From Acidimicrobiales bacterium (GTDB lineage Bacteria; Actinomycetota; Acidimicrobiia; Acidimicrobiales; VFJN01), in assembly GCA_035697145.1 (NCBI GenBank), contig DASSDL010000141.1, forward strand, positions 13,281 through 77,280: DNA of 64,000 nucleotides. Direction: 5' to 3'. The notes below the pieces were generated by a model, which did no database searches, was not told the origin of the DNA, and saw nothing but the letters and a program-made list of their open reading frames with translations. The position numbers and the translations under genes were made by a program. Of the stretch, positions 1 through 8,676 are shown one piece after another; position 1 is the stretch's first letter, and every line of letters starts with the position of its first letter.

Positions 1-477
1 GGCCTCGGGTATGCCGGGGGGCGGCTCGACGGCGCGGCCCACCAGGTCCACGCCGTCGACGCCCGGCCACCCGGCCGGCACCACCAGCAGGTCCCCCCCG
101 GTGGCCACGGGGACTGCAGCGGCGGCCCCCGGTCCCCGGAGCGCGACGGCGCGCCAGTCGAGCGGGTCGACGTCGGCCTTGGTGCGCAGCAGGAAGCGCC
201 GTAGCCGGGCCATCAGGGCGTCGCCGTGGCCCGCGTCGACGTCGAGGACCGCCTCGTCCGCCCCGGTGCGCGTCACCCGGACCCAGGCGTCCACCTTGCC
301 CATGGGCTGCAGCACGAACGACCGGGCGCTGGATCCGACGGCGAGCGCACCGATGTCCTGGCTGAGCTGCCCCTGGAGGTACTCGATCGCGTCCGGCCCC
401 GCCACCCTGACCACGTCCCGGCCCTCGGGGAACCACGCCAGGGTGGTGCGCAGATCCAGCGGGGCATCACCGGGCAT
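1..477 (-). CDS. YgfZ/GcvT-fold folate-binding protein, N-terminal part (gene runs off the left edge)
   Basis: Absent from the ORF track because it has no stop in-window. My own minus-strand translation from ATG (plus-strand CAT at 475-477) reads MPGDAPLDLRTTLAWFPEGRDVVRVAGPDAIEYLQGQLSQDIGALAVGSSARSFVLQPMGKVDAWVRVTRTGADEAVLDVDAGHGDALMARLRRFLLRTKADV... and stays open to base 1. This N-terminal pattern is typical of YgfZ/aminomethyltransferase-like proteins. Confidence 0.6.
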   Translation of the reverse strand, partial: MPGDAPLDLRTTLAWFPEGRDVVRVAGPDAIEYLQGQLSQDIGALAVGSSARSFVLQPMGKVDAWVRVTRTGADEAVLDVDAGHGDALMARLRRFLLRTKADVDPLDWRAVALRGPGAAAAVPVATGGDLLVVPAGWPGVDGVDLVGRAVEPPPGIPEA

Positions 478-567
478 GCCTTCAGTGTGGCACCGCGGGG
501 CAGAGCCCGGTTCCGTCAGGGCCGGCGCGGGATGCGGTACCTGACGTCTGTCGGAACCGTGACCGGC

Positions 568-2145
568 TCAGTCGCCGGTCGGCACCGTCGTCGCCGAGGT
601 CGAACGTCCACGACGGGCGGCGGTCATGCGGCGGGCGGCGGGCACGGTGGCGAGCAGGGCCCGCGCCTTGTTGCGGCACTCCAGGTCCTCGTGCTCGGGC
701 ACCGAGTCGGCCACGATTCCAGCGCCGGCCTGCACCGACGCCCGGCCGTCGTCGTCGATCACCATCGTGCGGATGGCGATGGCGGTGTCGATGTTGCCCG
801 AGAAGTCGAGGTAGCCGACCACGCCGGCGTACGGCCCCCGCTTGGTGGGCTCGAGCGCGTCGATGATCTCCATCGCCCGCACCTTGGGGGCGCCGGACAC
901 GGTTCCGGCCGGCAGCGTGGCCCGCAGGACGTCGATGGCGCTACGGCCCTCGGCCAGCTCGCCGGACACCTGTGACGTGAGGTGCATGACGTGGCTGTAG
1001 CGCTCCAGGGTCAGGTACTCGTCGACCCGCTCGGTGCCGAAGCGCACCACGCGCCCGACGTCGTTGCGGGCGAGATCGACGAGCATGAGGTGCTCGGCGA
1101 TCTCCTTGGGATGCTCACGCAGCTCGGCGGCCAGGCGGGCATCGTCTTGGTCGGTGGTCCCGCGACGACGCGTACCCGCGATGGGCCGGGAGATCACCCG
1201 CCCGTCGGTCAGCCGCACCATGGGCTCCGGCGACGCTCCCACCAGGGTGAGGCCACGTGCCCGGCCCCCACCACCGGCCGTGGCCGGCTGGCGCACGAAG
1301 TACATGTACGGGCTGGGGTTGACCTGGCGCAGCACCCGGTAGACATCGAACGGCTCGGCCTCGAGGTCGAAGTCGTAGCGCTGCGACAGCACCACCTGGA
1401 AGATGTCCCCGGCCAGGATGTGCTCGCGGGCGACCTCCACCGCCCGGGCGAACAGGTCGGTCCCCATGGTGGAACGCACATCGGGCAAAGGATCGTCGGG
1501 TGCCGGCGGCTCGACGAGGGGCTCGTCGATCGGGCGCGCGCCGTCGGCCGCCAACTGGTCGAGGCGGACGACGGCGCCGTCGTAGAGCGCGTCGAGCTGT
1601 CCCTCGGTGGCGTCGTCGGGCACCACGACGTTGTCGATCAGCACCACCCGCTGGCGCCAGTGGTCGTAGGCGGCCAGCTGGCCGATGACCGACACGACGG
1701 CATCGGCGTGGCCCAGGTCGTCCGGGGCCACGTCGGGCAGGCGCTCGACCTCGCGCACGACGTCGTAGCCGAGGTAGCCGAGGACGCCGCCGTGGAGGGG
1801 CGGCAGGTCACCGAGCGATGGTGCCCGCCACGCCCCGAGCAGCGCCTCGAGGGCCGCCAGGATCCCCCGGTCGCGGGGAACCGACGGCGGCACCCAGCCG
1901 GCGACGTCCACCGTGCGGCCCCGAGCCGTCAGCGTGGCGAGCGGGTTGCGGCCGATGAACGACCACCGGCTCCAGCGAGCCTCGCCGTGCTCGACCGACT
2001 CGAGCAGGAACCCGGTCCCCTGACCCACGAGGCGGGCGTAGGCGGCCACGGGAGTGGTGAGATCTGCGAGCAGCTCGCGCCACACGGGAATGACGGTGTG
2101 AGCACGGGCCAGCGACCGGAACTGGTCGCGGGACGGGCTGATCAC
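568..2145 (-). CDS. trpE: anthranilate synthase component I
   Basis: 525-aa ORF with the chorismate-binding C-terminus ([41 protein letters not shown]) and a TrpE-type N-terminus ([18 protein letters not shown]). Its start overlaps the hisI stop by 4 nt. Confidence 0.95.
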   Translation of the reverse strand: MISPSRDQFRSLARAHTVIPVWRELLADLTTPVAAYARLVGQGTGFLLESVEHGEARWSRWSFIGRNPLATLTARGRTVDVAGWVPPSVPRDRGILAALEALLGAWRAPSLGDLPPLHGGVLGYLGYDVVREVERLPDVAPDDLGHADAVVSVIGQLAAYDHWRQRVVLIDNVVVPDDATEGQLDALYDGAVVRLDQLAADGARPIDEPLVEPPAPDDPLPDVRSTMGTDLFARAVEVAREHILAGDIFQVVLSQRYDFDLEAEPFDVYRVLRQVNPSPYMYFVRQPATAGGGGRARGLTLVGASPEPMVRLTDGRVISRPIAGTRRRGTTDQDDARLAAELREHPKEIAEHLMLVDLARNDVGRVVRFGTERVDEYLTLERYSHVMHLTSQVSGELAEGRSAIDVLRATLPAGTVSGAPKVRAMEIIDALEPTKRGPYAGVVGYLDFSGNIDTAIAIRTMVIDDDGRASVQAGAGIVADSVPEHEDLECRNKARALLATVPAARRMTAARRGRSTSATTVPTGD

Positions 2146-2570
2146 TGCCCCCGGCCGATTCCGGCGACCGGATCGGTCGCCTCGCGACCGGTCGCGTCAC
2201 CCGAACCGGAGCCGAACGCCCGGAAGAAGCACGAGTGCTCTCCCGTGTGGCACGCACCGGCGCCCTGCTGGTCGACCACGAACAGCAGCACGTCGCCGTC
2301 GCAGTCGTAGTGCGCCGACCGCAGGTACTGGACGTCGCCCGAGGTCTCGCCCTTGCGCCACACCTCGTGGCGGCTGCGGCTCCAGAACACGGTGCGGCCC
2401 TCGGCCAGCGTGAGCCGGAGCGTCTCCGCGGTCATCCACGCCATCATCAGCACCCGGCCCGATGCGTGGTCCTGGACGATGGCGGGCACGAGCCCGTCGG
2501 CGTTGTACCGGACCTGTGCCAACTGCTCGTCGGTGGCCTCGATCGACGTCGCAGGGGGCGTGGCGGGCAC
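2142..2570 (-). CDS. hisI: phosphoribosyl-AMP cyclohydrolase
   Basis: 142-aa ORF: [54 protein letters not shown] is the PRA-CH signature. Confidence 0.93.
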   Translation of the reverse strand: MPATPPATSIEATDEQLAQVRYNADGLVPAIVQDHASGRVLMMAWMTAETLRLTLAEGRTVFWSRSRHEVWRKGETSGDVQYLRSAHYDCDGDVLLFVVDQQGAGACHTGEHSCFFRAFGSGSGDATGREATDPVAGIGRGQ

Positions 2571-2617
2571 CCGGCCATCGTACGGCCTGGCCTACGACCC
2601 GCAGGATCCGATTCCGG

Positions 2618-3589
2618 TCAGGGGGCGCCGACCGACGTGATGGAGACGGTGCTGTCGGGCTCGGCGATCGAGTCGGAGTCGCAGTCGGTCGAGAACTGGA
2701 TCGTCTTCTGGTTGTCGCCGGCCAGCCCCGCCTCGACGCTCCGCCGGGACTCCTCGAACGTCGCGCCCGTCTCGTCGGGAAATTGGTCGTAGGCGGGGAA
2801 CTTGCCCGTGAACTCGATGTCAATGTTCTGGGCGCTGAACCCCTTCCGCAGCAGATGGTCGCGAATGCCGGCGGCCAAGAGCTCCTCCAGGCCGACCCGC
2901 TCGGCGGCCAGCCTGATGCAGGCGGGGTTGAGCGTGGCCAACTGGCCGATCTTGAGGACGTTCTCGGCCGTCCCGACATTGATGTTCGTGAGGCCGAGCG
3001 TCATGCCGTCGACCGCCTTGGTCAGGATGCTCTCCGACTCCTCGGGATTGAAGACGAATGCTCCTGTCGAGTAGGTGCCGTCCTCGAGGAACACGCGTGT
3101 GCCCTTCTCGATGGGCAGGCCGCCCGCTTCCGAGATGCGCCCGTCCTCGACCGTGAAGGTCACGGGCTCGCGAAGCTGCTCCACCCGTTCCTGCACGAAG
3201 ACGTTGGCCCTGGGGATCGTCACCTTCACTTCGTTCTCGTTCGTCACCTCGACATCGGGGAGGTCCTCGACCCTGAACTCGAGCAGTCCGGGCACCTGGG
3301 CGGGGAAGACGTCGGTGTAGATGTCCTGTGTCCGGCCCAGGATCTCGATGTCGTGGGTGACCCGGAGCTCGACGTCGTTCTGCACGGCCATCAGCCCGAG
3401 CGTCGTTTCGAGCTCCGAAGCGGGGAACACCAGCTTGCTGTCCACGCCCCGGCCTTCCTCGGACTCGTTGAAGCCGAACTGATCCGAGCAGTAGCCGAGG
3501 CCCAGCGCGGCGACGCCCAGGGCGGCCACGGCGGCGATCGCGGTCCTGACCGGACCGCCCCGCCTCAGCCGCCTCTCCTCACGTCGCAT
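2618..3589 (-). CDS. hypothetical secreted/membrane-anchored protein
   Basis: 323-aa ORF with a basic N-terminus followed by a hydrophobic helix (VRTAIAAVAALGVAALGLGYC). The rest has coding-like, acidic composition. I recognise no family. Confidence 0.6.
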   Translation of the reverse strand: MRREERRLRRGGPVRTAIAAVAALGVAALGLGYCSDQFGFNESEEGRGVDSKLVFPASELETTLGLMAVQNDVELRVTHDIEILGRTQDIYTDVFPAQVPGLLEFRVEDLPDVEVTNENEVKVTIPRANVFVQERVEQLREPVTFTVEDGRISEAGGLPIEKGTRVFLEDGTYSTGAFVFNPEESESILTKAVDGMTLGLTNINVGTAENVLKIGQLATLNPACIRLAAERVGLEELLAAGIRDHLLRKGFSAQNIDIEFTGKFPAYDQFPDETGATFEESRRSVEAGLAGDNQKTIQFSTDCDSDSIAEPDSTVSITSVGAP

Positions 3590-3614
3590 GTCGCACCATC
3601 ATGTCGGGTTTGTG

Positions 3615-4151
3615 TCAATCCGTCGGCGGTAAGGACGAAGAGTCGCCGTCGGCGGCGGTCGACGCCGACGCGCCCGCCACGCAGTTGGTGCCTCCCGACG
3701 TGGACGTCGTGGGCCAGCGCATCGCCTGGAGCGTGGCGGGGCCGTACTCGCCGTCCGCGGTGATCCCGGCCCGCTGCTGCACGTCCATGACGGCGGCGGC
3801 GGTCTGGGGGCCGTACTCGCCGTCGACCGTCACACCCTCGCGATTGCACCGGGCCAGGGCGTCCTGCAACACGACCACGGCGTCCTCGTCACCCCGCCCC
3901 ACCGACATCCCACACGTGCTGGAGGCCGACGAGAAGAGATCGGTGTCGCCGGGCACCCGAACGGGTTCGGACGCAACGTCGATGACCACCACGCCGTCGC
4001 ACGTCGGCAGCCCGTCGCTCCCGCTCGTGTCGCCGCTCGCGTTCGCCTCGTCGCTTATGCCGAAGTCGAAGTCGCCATTGGACGACGACCCAAAGCCGTT
4101 CGCCGACGCGAGGGCTAGAAGTCCGAACAGCACCAGGATCAGGACTCCCAT
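3615..4151 (-). CDS. secreted protein with tandem peptidoglycan-binding (PG_binding_1-like) repeats
   Basis: I prefer the ATG at 4151 (MGVLILVLFGLLALASA signal-like start) because the strong SD AAGGAGG lies 8 nt upstream on the minus strand. The C-terminal half carries a duplicated DGEYGPxTxxAxxxxQ motif typical of PG-binding domains. Confidence 0.7.
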   Translation of the reverse strand: MGVLILVLFGLLALASANGFGSSSNGDFDFGISDEANASGDTSGSDGLPTCDGVVVIDVASEPVRVPGDTDLFSSASSTCGMSVGRGDEDAVVVLQDALARCNREGVTVDGEYGPQTAAAVMDVQQRAGITADGEYGPATLQAMRWPTTSTSGGTNCVAGASASTAADGDSSSLPPTD

Positions 4152-4318
4152 GCTGGCTCCCTCCTTCGTCGCATTCCCAACGTAGGTGTACCCGCTGAGC
4201 GGCAATCCGTGTCAACGGAACGTGCGACGGGTAGCACCGTCACGAAGGAATCGGGGATGTCGCCACTTTGTGCGCGAAAATTATCACGACAAGTGGGGAC
4301 CCGAGGCGAGGAAGGGCA

Positions 4319-5284
4319 ATGTCCGCGCACGATCACGACGCCCGAGCCGGCGGGTTCCGCCGATGGTTCACCCGTGGTGGGCGGATCGTTCCGGCGCTGG
4401 CCGTCGTCGGCGCCGGCGCCCTCGTGTTCGCCGTCGTCAACTGGGGGATCGTCGATCTTCCGGACTGGTTCGGTGGCGGCCGAAGCGATCCCGCCCCGCG
4501 GGGTTCGGTGATCTACGAGGGGCAAGCGGCGAAGACCGCGTCCGAGGACTTCCTCATCGACATCGGTGACGGCGAGGCGATGGTGGTGGTGCAGGCCAAG
4601 CAGAACTGGGACCGGTCTGGGTGGATCATCAACGGGGACTTCCAGTCCACCAACGGAACGTCGAGCGTGGCCGATCCGCAGGATGGCGGCCGGCCCGCCC
4701 GCTTGGCGGTCCAGGTGGACTACTGCGCCGACGGGACGATCACGACGACGGAGACGCCCGGCGACGACCCCGTGACCTCGATCACGTTCGCGATGGGCCG
4801 GCTCTACGTGTGCGACACGACGCTGGAGCACACGGCGGCAAACGATTCGGCGTTCAAGCAGGACGACACGCCCAACGACTTCCACGGCTCGTTCGTCAGC
4901 TTCGTGGCCGGGGCCGCCGAGGCCACCGCCGCTGCCTCGGCGTGCCCGACCGACGAGCTCGCCAAGTTCCGGACGGGCGAGTACAGGTCGTTCGTGCGCG
5001 AGCAGTTGGCCGAGCGGCTCCGGCTGCCCGTCGCCAACGTCGATGTCGTGGCCGGCCGCATCGGTGGCTCCGACGACGCGACCCAGCGGGAGCTGCGAGC
5101 GGCGCTCGAGAGCTTCGCCAACAAGCGGGACCCGGACGACCCGTCCAAGACGTACGAGGCGCTGACCATCCAGTACCTCAGCGGCGACGGCGAAGCGGTG
5201 ACCGACTCCTGTTACAACGACGCCGGAGGCCGCCAACTCGATGACCTGGGCAGCGTGCGCGCCCCCGATACCGAGGGCGAGTGA
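4319..5284 (+). CDS. hypothetical membrane-anchored protein
   Basis: ATG at 4319 preceded by GAGGAAGGG. One N-terminal TM helix (IVPALAVVGAGALVFAVVNWGIV), then a ~270-aa extracytoplasmic domain with no family I recognise. Confidence 0.6.
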   Translation: MSAHDHDARAGGFRRWFTRGGRIVPALAVVGAGALVFAVVNWGIVDLPDWFGGGRSDPAPRGSVIYEGQAAKTASEDFLIDIGDGEAMVVVQAKQNWDRSGWIINGDFQSTNGTSSVADPQDGGRPARLAVQVDYCADGTITTTETPGDDPVTSITFAMGRLYVCDTTLEHTAANDSAFKQDDTPNDFHGSFVSFVAGAAEATAAASACPTDELAKFRTGEYRSFVREQLAERLRLPVANVDVVAGRIGGSDDATQRELRAALESFANKRDPDDPSKTYEALTIQYLSGDGEAVTDSCYNDAGGRQLDDLGSVRAPDTEGE

Positions 5285-5301
5285 GCGGTAGCGCTACCCG
5301 C

Positions 5302-5661
5302 CTACAGGTACAGGCCCGTCGAGGCCTCGCCCAGTCGGGTCGACGCCACGGCGTGGACATCACGCTCGCGCAGGATCACGTAGTCGTCGCCGCGGACCTC
5401 GACCTCGTAGCGGTCCTCGGGCGCGAACAGCACGTGGTCGCCCGCCTGCATGGCCCGCACGTTCGGCCCCACCGCCACCACCTCGGCCCAGGCCAACCGC
5501 TTGGACGTCTGGGCGGTGGCCGGGATGAGGATGCCGCCCGACGACCGTCGCTCGCCCTCGGGACCCGCGATGCGAACGAGTACTCGATCGTTGAGCATCT
5601 TGATGGGCAGCTTCTCGGTTGCGGTGCCGTCGGCGGCGGTCACCGTGGCGGGGTCCGGCAC
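5302..5661 (-). CDS. GroES (Cpn10)-fold co-chaperonin paralog with N- and C-terminal extensions
   Basis: The core aligns with GroES: IKMLNDRVLVRI..SSGGILIP..AEVVAVGPNV..GDHVLF..DYVILRERDVHAV. No groEL is adjacent. An extra tail STRLGEASTGLYL follows the normal GroES end. The start is uncertain (GTG at 5661 or 5643). Confidence 0.8.
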   Translation of the reverse strand: MPDPATVTAADGTATEKLPIKMLNDRVLVRIAGPEGERRSSGGILIPATAQTSKRLAWAEVVAVGPNVRAMQAGDHVLFAPEDRYEVEVRGDDYVILRERDVHAVASTRLGEASTGLYL

Positions 5662-5730
5662 AGGAACGACGCTAGCGGCCGCCGGCAGCGACCGACGACT
5701 CTGGCACGCGTTGCAGCGGCCGGTGCTCGG

Positions 5731-6309
5731 TCACGTCTTGACGCTGCCGCCCGAGCGCCAGTACTCACCCGAGGCCCGGTCGAGGAACCCCTCGTCGACC
5801 AGGAAGCGCCGCAGCGACGCGACGTCGTCGTGGAAGCGGCGCAGGATGGCGTTGACCTGGCGCTCCGAATAGCGGGAACCGACGTCGAACTCCTGCGCCA
5901 GGCGGTCGAGGATCACGAGCTTGCGCGACCGCTGGGGCGGGATCTGCGTCAGCCGGCCGCCCCGGTAGTAGCGCCGCAGGATCCGGGCGTCGTCCTCGGC
6001 CACGTCGTCGGTGGGGTCCGGGCCCGGGCGCTCGGGAGCGGCCGCCATGGCCGCCAATCGGAAGGCCTCGCCCCGCAGCACGTGCTCACCCCGTTCGCTG
6101 CGGATCACCAGGTCGCCGGCCACCAGCCGGGCCAGCGCGGTCACGGCCCGGCGCGACGACAGCCCCGTCGAGGCCCGCACCTCCTCGAGCGTCGACCCGC
6201 CCAGCACGAGGGCGGCGAACACGCGACGCCGGTCGTCGTCGGCCAGGAGACCGACGATGGCGCCGGCGTCCGGCACCGGGGTGGCATGGTGCTCGCCGGG
6301 GTCGGCCAC
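5731..6309 (-). CDS. HTH transcriptional regulator with C-terminal DUF2087-like domain
   Basis: Only the C-terminal 192 codons of track ORF 5731..6780 look real. They contain an ArsR-like wHTH ([37 protein letters not shown]) and a DUF2087-type end (LTQIPPQRSRKLVILDRLAQEF..YSERQVNAILRRFHDDVASLRRFLVDEGFL). The upstream part overlaps hisF in another frame. GTG at 6309 is my proposed start. Confidence 0.7.
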   Translation of the reverse strand: MADPGEHHATPVPDAGAIVGLLADDDRRRVFAALVLGGSTLEEVRASTGLSSRRAVTALARLVAGDLVIRSERGEHVLRGEAFRLAAMAAAPERPGPDPTDDVAEDDARILRRYYRGGRLTQIPPQRSRKLVILDRLAQEFDVGSRYSERQVNAILRRFHDDVASLRRFLVDEGFLDRASGEYWRSGGSVKT

Positions 6310-6363
6310 GTCCGGGAGGCTAGGGCGCTGATGGGGTGACGAGCGCTGCGAGCCACCCCACTC

Positions 6364-6384
6364 GTGGACCCTCGCGCCCACTAG
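6364..6384. promoter_or_regulatory. 21-nt quasi-palindromic motif, copy 1
   Basis: GTGGACCCTCGCGCCCACTAG is identical to 44549-44569, and the flanks are also similar (GCCACCCC upstream, GG downstream). It overlaps the hisF stop codon and sits about 55 nt upstream of the DUF2087 regulator start on the minus strand. Confidence 0.45.
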
Positions 6385-7202
6385 ACGGGCCGGACGCTGA
6401 GGCCGGCGCGTGTGAGCTCGTCCTTGGCCTCGGCGATGGTGTGCTCGCCGAAGTGGAAGATCGACGCCGCCAACACCGCGTCGGCGCCACCCTCGATCAC
6501 GCCCTCCGCAAGGTGCGCCAGCGTGCCCACCCCTCCACTGGCGATCACGGGCACGCCCACGGCGTCGGACACCGCCCGCGTGAGCTCGAGGTCGAAGCCC
6601 TCCCTGGTGCCGTCGCGGTCCATCGAGGTGAGCAGGATCTCGCCCGCGCCGCGGCGCGCGACCTCCTGCGCCCATGCCACGGCGTCGAGCGCCGTCGACG
6701 CCCGTCCGCCGTGCGTCGTCACCTCGAAGCCCCGGCCTGCCCCGGGCGTGCGGCGGGCGTCGATGGCCACGACGACGCATTGGGTGCCGAACTCGGTTGC
6801 CAACTCGGTCACGAGATCCGGGCGCTCGACCGCGGCAGTGTTGATCGACACCTTCTCGGCGCCCGCCATCAGCAGCCGTCGGGCGTCGTCGACCGACCGC
6901 ACCCCTCCCCCGACGGTGAAGGGGATGAACACCTCGTCGGCCGTGCGCCGGGCGACGTCGACGATGGTGTCGCGGGCATCGGCGGAGGCCGTGATGTCGA
7001 GGAACACGAGCTCGTCGGCGCCCTCGGCGTCGTAACGGCCGGCCAGCTCGACCGGGTCGCCGGCGTCGCGCAACCCCACGAAGTTGACACCCTTCACCAC
7101 CCGGCCGGCGTCGACGTCGAGGCAGGGGATCACCCGGACGCTACGCACCTGGCCAAGCCCCGCATCCCAGGCAGGTGCCGGGCATCCCGCCCGTTCCGGC
7201 AC
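6381..7202 (-). CDS. hisF: imidazole glycerol phosphate synthase, cyclase subunit
   Basis: [57 protein letters not shown]. The true start may be GTG at 7148. Confidence 0.95.
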   Translation of the reverse strand: MPERAGCPAPAWDAGLGQVRSVRVIPCLDVDAGRVVKGVNFVGLRDAGDPVELAGRYDAEGADELVFLDITASADARDTIVDVARRTADEVFIPFTVGGGVRSVDDARRLLMAGAEKVSINTAAVERPDLVTELATEFGTQCVVVAIDARRTPGAGRGFEVTTHGGRASTALDAVAWAQEVARRGAGEILLTSMDRDGTREGFDLELTRAVSDAVGVPVIASGGVGTLAHLAEGVIEGGADAVLAASIFHFGEHTIAEAKDELTRAGLSVRPV

Positions 7203-7214
7203 CCACCCCGCCCG

Positions 7215-7952
7215 TCACGTGTGCGCCTCCACGGTGGCGATGGCGTCGGAGACTCGGAACGCGCCTTCGTAGAGCGCCCGGCCCACGATGGTGCCGGCCA
7301 ACCGTCGGCCGTCGACCTCGAGCACCGACAGCGTCCGGAGGTCGGCGAGGCTGCCCACCCCCCCGGACGCGATCACGTCGACGCTGGTGGCCTCCAGCAC
7401 GGCGACGAGCTGGTCCAGCGCCGGACCGGAGAGCGTTCCGTCCCTCCCGATCTCGGTGACCACCAACGCCGCCACGCCGGCATCCTCGAACCGGCGAGCG
7501 ACATCCACGAGGTCGTCGCCCGACCCCTGGACCCAACCCCGCACGGCCACGTCGCGGCCCCGGGCATCGAGCCCCACCGCCACCTGTCCCGGGTAGCGGC
7601 CCGCCAGCGATCGGACCCACGCAGGACGCTCCAGGGCCGCCGTGCCCACGACCACTCGGCGCACTCGCCGCCCCAGCAGCGCATCGGCCGCGGCATCGGT
7701 GCGCACGCCACCGCCGCACTGCACAGGTACGTCGACGGCGGCGGCCATCGCGGCCACGAGCTCGTAGTTGCGCGGGTCCCCGGTGCGAGCGGCGTCGAGG
7801 TCGACGACGTGGATCCAGGGTGCGCCGTCGGCGGCGAAGGCCCGCGCCTGGGCCACGGGGTCGTCCGCGTACACGGTCTCCCGGGCGTAGTCACCCTGGT
7901 AGAGCCGAACACAGCGGCCGTCGCGCAAGTCGATCGCGGGGTACAGGTCCAT
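7215..7952 (-). CDS. hisA: ProFAR isomerase (HisA; possibly PriA-type bifunctional HisA/TrpF as in many Actinobacteria)
   Basis: ATG at 7952 gives MDLYPAIDLRDGRCVRLYQGDY..HVVDLDAA..GGGVR. Dual PriA function is an established possibility in Actinobacteria but cannot be decided from this window. Confidence 0.93.
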   Translation of the reverse strand: MDLYPAIDLRDGRCVRLYQGDYARETVYADDPVAQARAFAADGAPWIHVVDLDAARTGDPRNYELVAAMAAAVDVPVQCGGGVRTDAAADALLGRRVRRVVVGTAALERPAWVRSLAGRYPGQVAVGLDARGRDVAVRGWVQGSGDDLVDVARRFEDAGVAALVVTEIGRDGTLSGPALDQLVAVLEATSVDVIASGGVGSLADLRTLSVLEVDGRRLAGTIVGRALYEGAFRVSDAIATVEAHT

Positions 7953-7977
7953 CACCGGACTCCGGCGAGGCGGGCGG

Positions 7978-8601
7978 TCACGCCGCCGCCGCCCACTCGA
8001 CCGCCCGGCCGACGAAGTTGGCGAGGATGCGCATGCCCGTGGCACCCGACTTCTCGGGGTGGAACTGCGTGGCCCACAGCGGGCCGGCCTCCACCGCCGC
8101 CACCACCGGACCTCCGTAGTCGCACGTGGCCACCGCCTGCTCGTCGCTGTCGGCCGCGTACGAGTGCACGAAGTAGACCCACGTCGGCTCGGGGACGCCG
8201 GCCAGCAACCCGCTCTCGCGCCACCGATCGAGCACGTTCCACTGCATCTGCGGGCGCTTCACGCCTGCGGGGAGCAGCCGCACCACCCCGGGCAGGACCC
8301 CCAGGCCCGGCACGGCGGGTGTTTCCTCAGACCCCTGGTACAGCATCTGCATGCCGACGCAGACCCCCAGGAAGGGTCGCCCCGAGCAGGCACATTCGAT
8401 GGCAAGCTCGTCGAGTCCGCTCTTCTCGAGCGCCTCCATGCAGCGGCCGAAGTTGCCGACACCCGGGAGCACCACGCCGGCTGCGTCCCGCACGAGGGCC
8501 GGATCGGACGTGAGCCGGGCATCGGCGCCCACGTGCTGGAGCGCTTTCTGCGCCGAGCGGAGGTTGCCGATGCCGTAGTCGAGGACTGCGACGAGGGTCA
8601 T
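7978..8601 (-). CDS. hisH: imidazole glycerol phosphate synthase, glutamine amidotransferase subunit
   Basis: MTLVAVLDYGIGNLRSAQKAL..VLPGVGNFG..LGVCVGMQML..FHPEKS (class I GATase triad context). Confidence 0.95.
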   Translation of the reverse strand: MTLVAVLDYGIGNLRSAQKALQHVGADARLTSDPALVRDAAGVVLPGVGNFGRCMEALEKSGLDELAIECACSGRPFLGVCVGMQMLYQGSEETPAVPGLGVLPGVVRLLPAGVKRPQMQWNVLDRWRESGLLAGVPEPTWVYFVHSYAADSDEQAVATCDYGGPVVAAVEAGPLWATQFHPEKSGATGMRILANFVGRAVEWAAAA

Positions 8602-8676
8602 GGGCGGGCTCTCACTGGCGCCCGATCCTACGGTTGGGCGAGGCCGGCCCCCGAACCAGTTGCGCCGCCGAGGGCG

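Noticed and set aside
11-544. 177-aa plus-strand ORF at the left edge.
   Set aside because: It is low-complexity (STPSTPGHPAGTTSRSPP...). The opposite strand in the same region translates into a convincing YgfZ/GcvT-like N-terminus that is open to the window edge.
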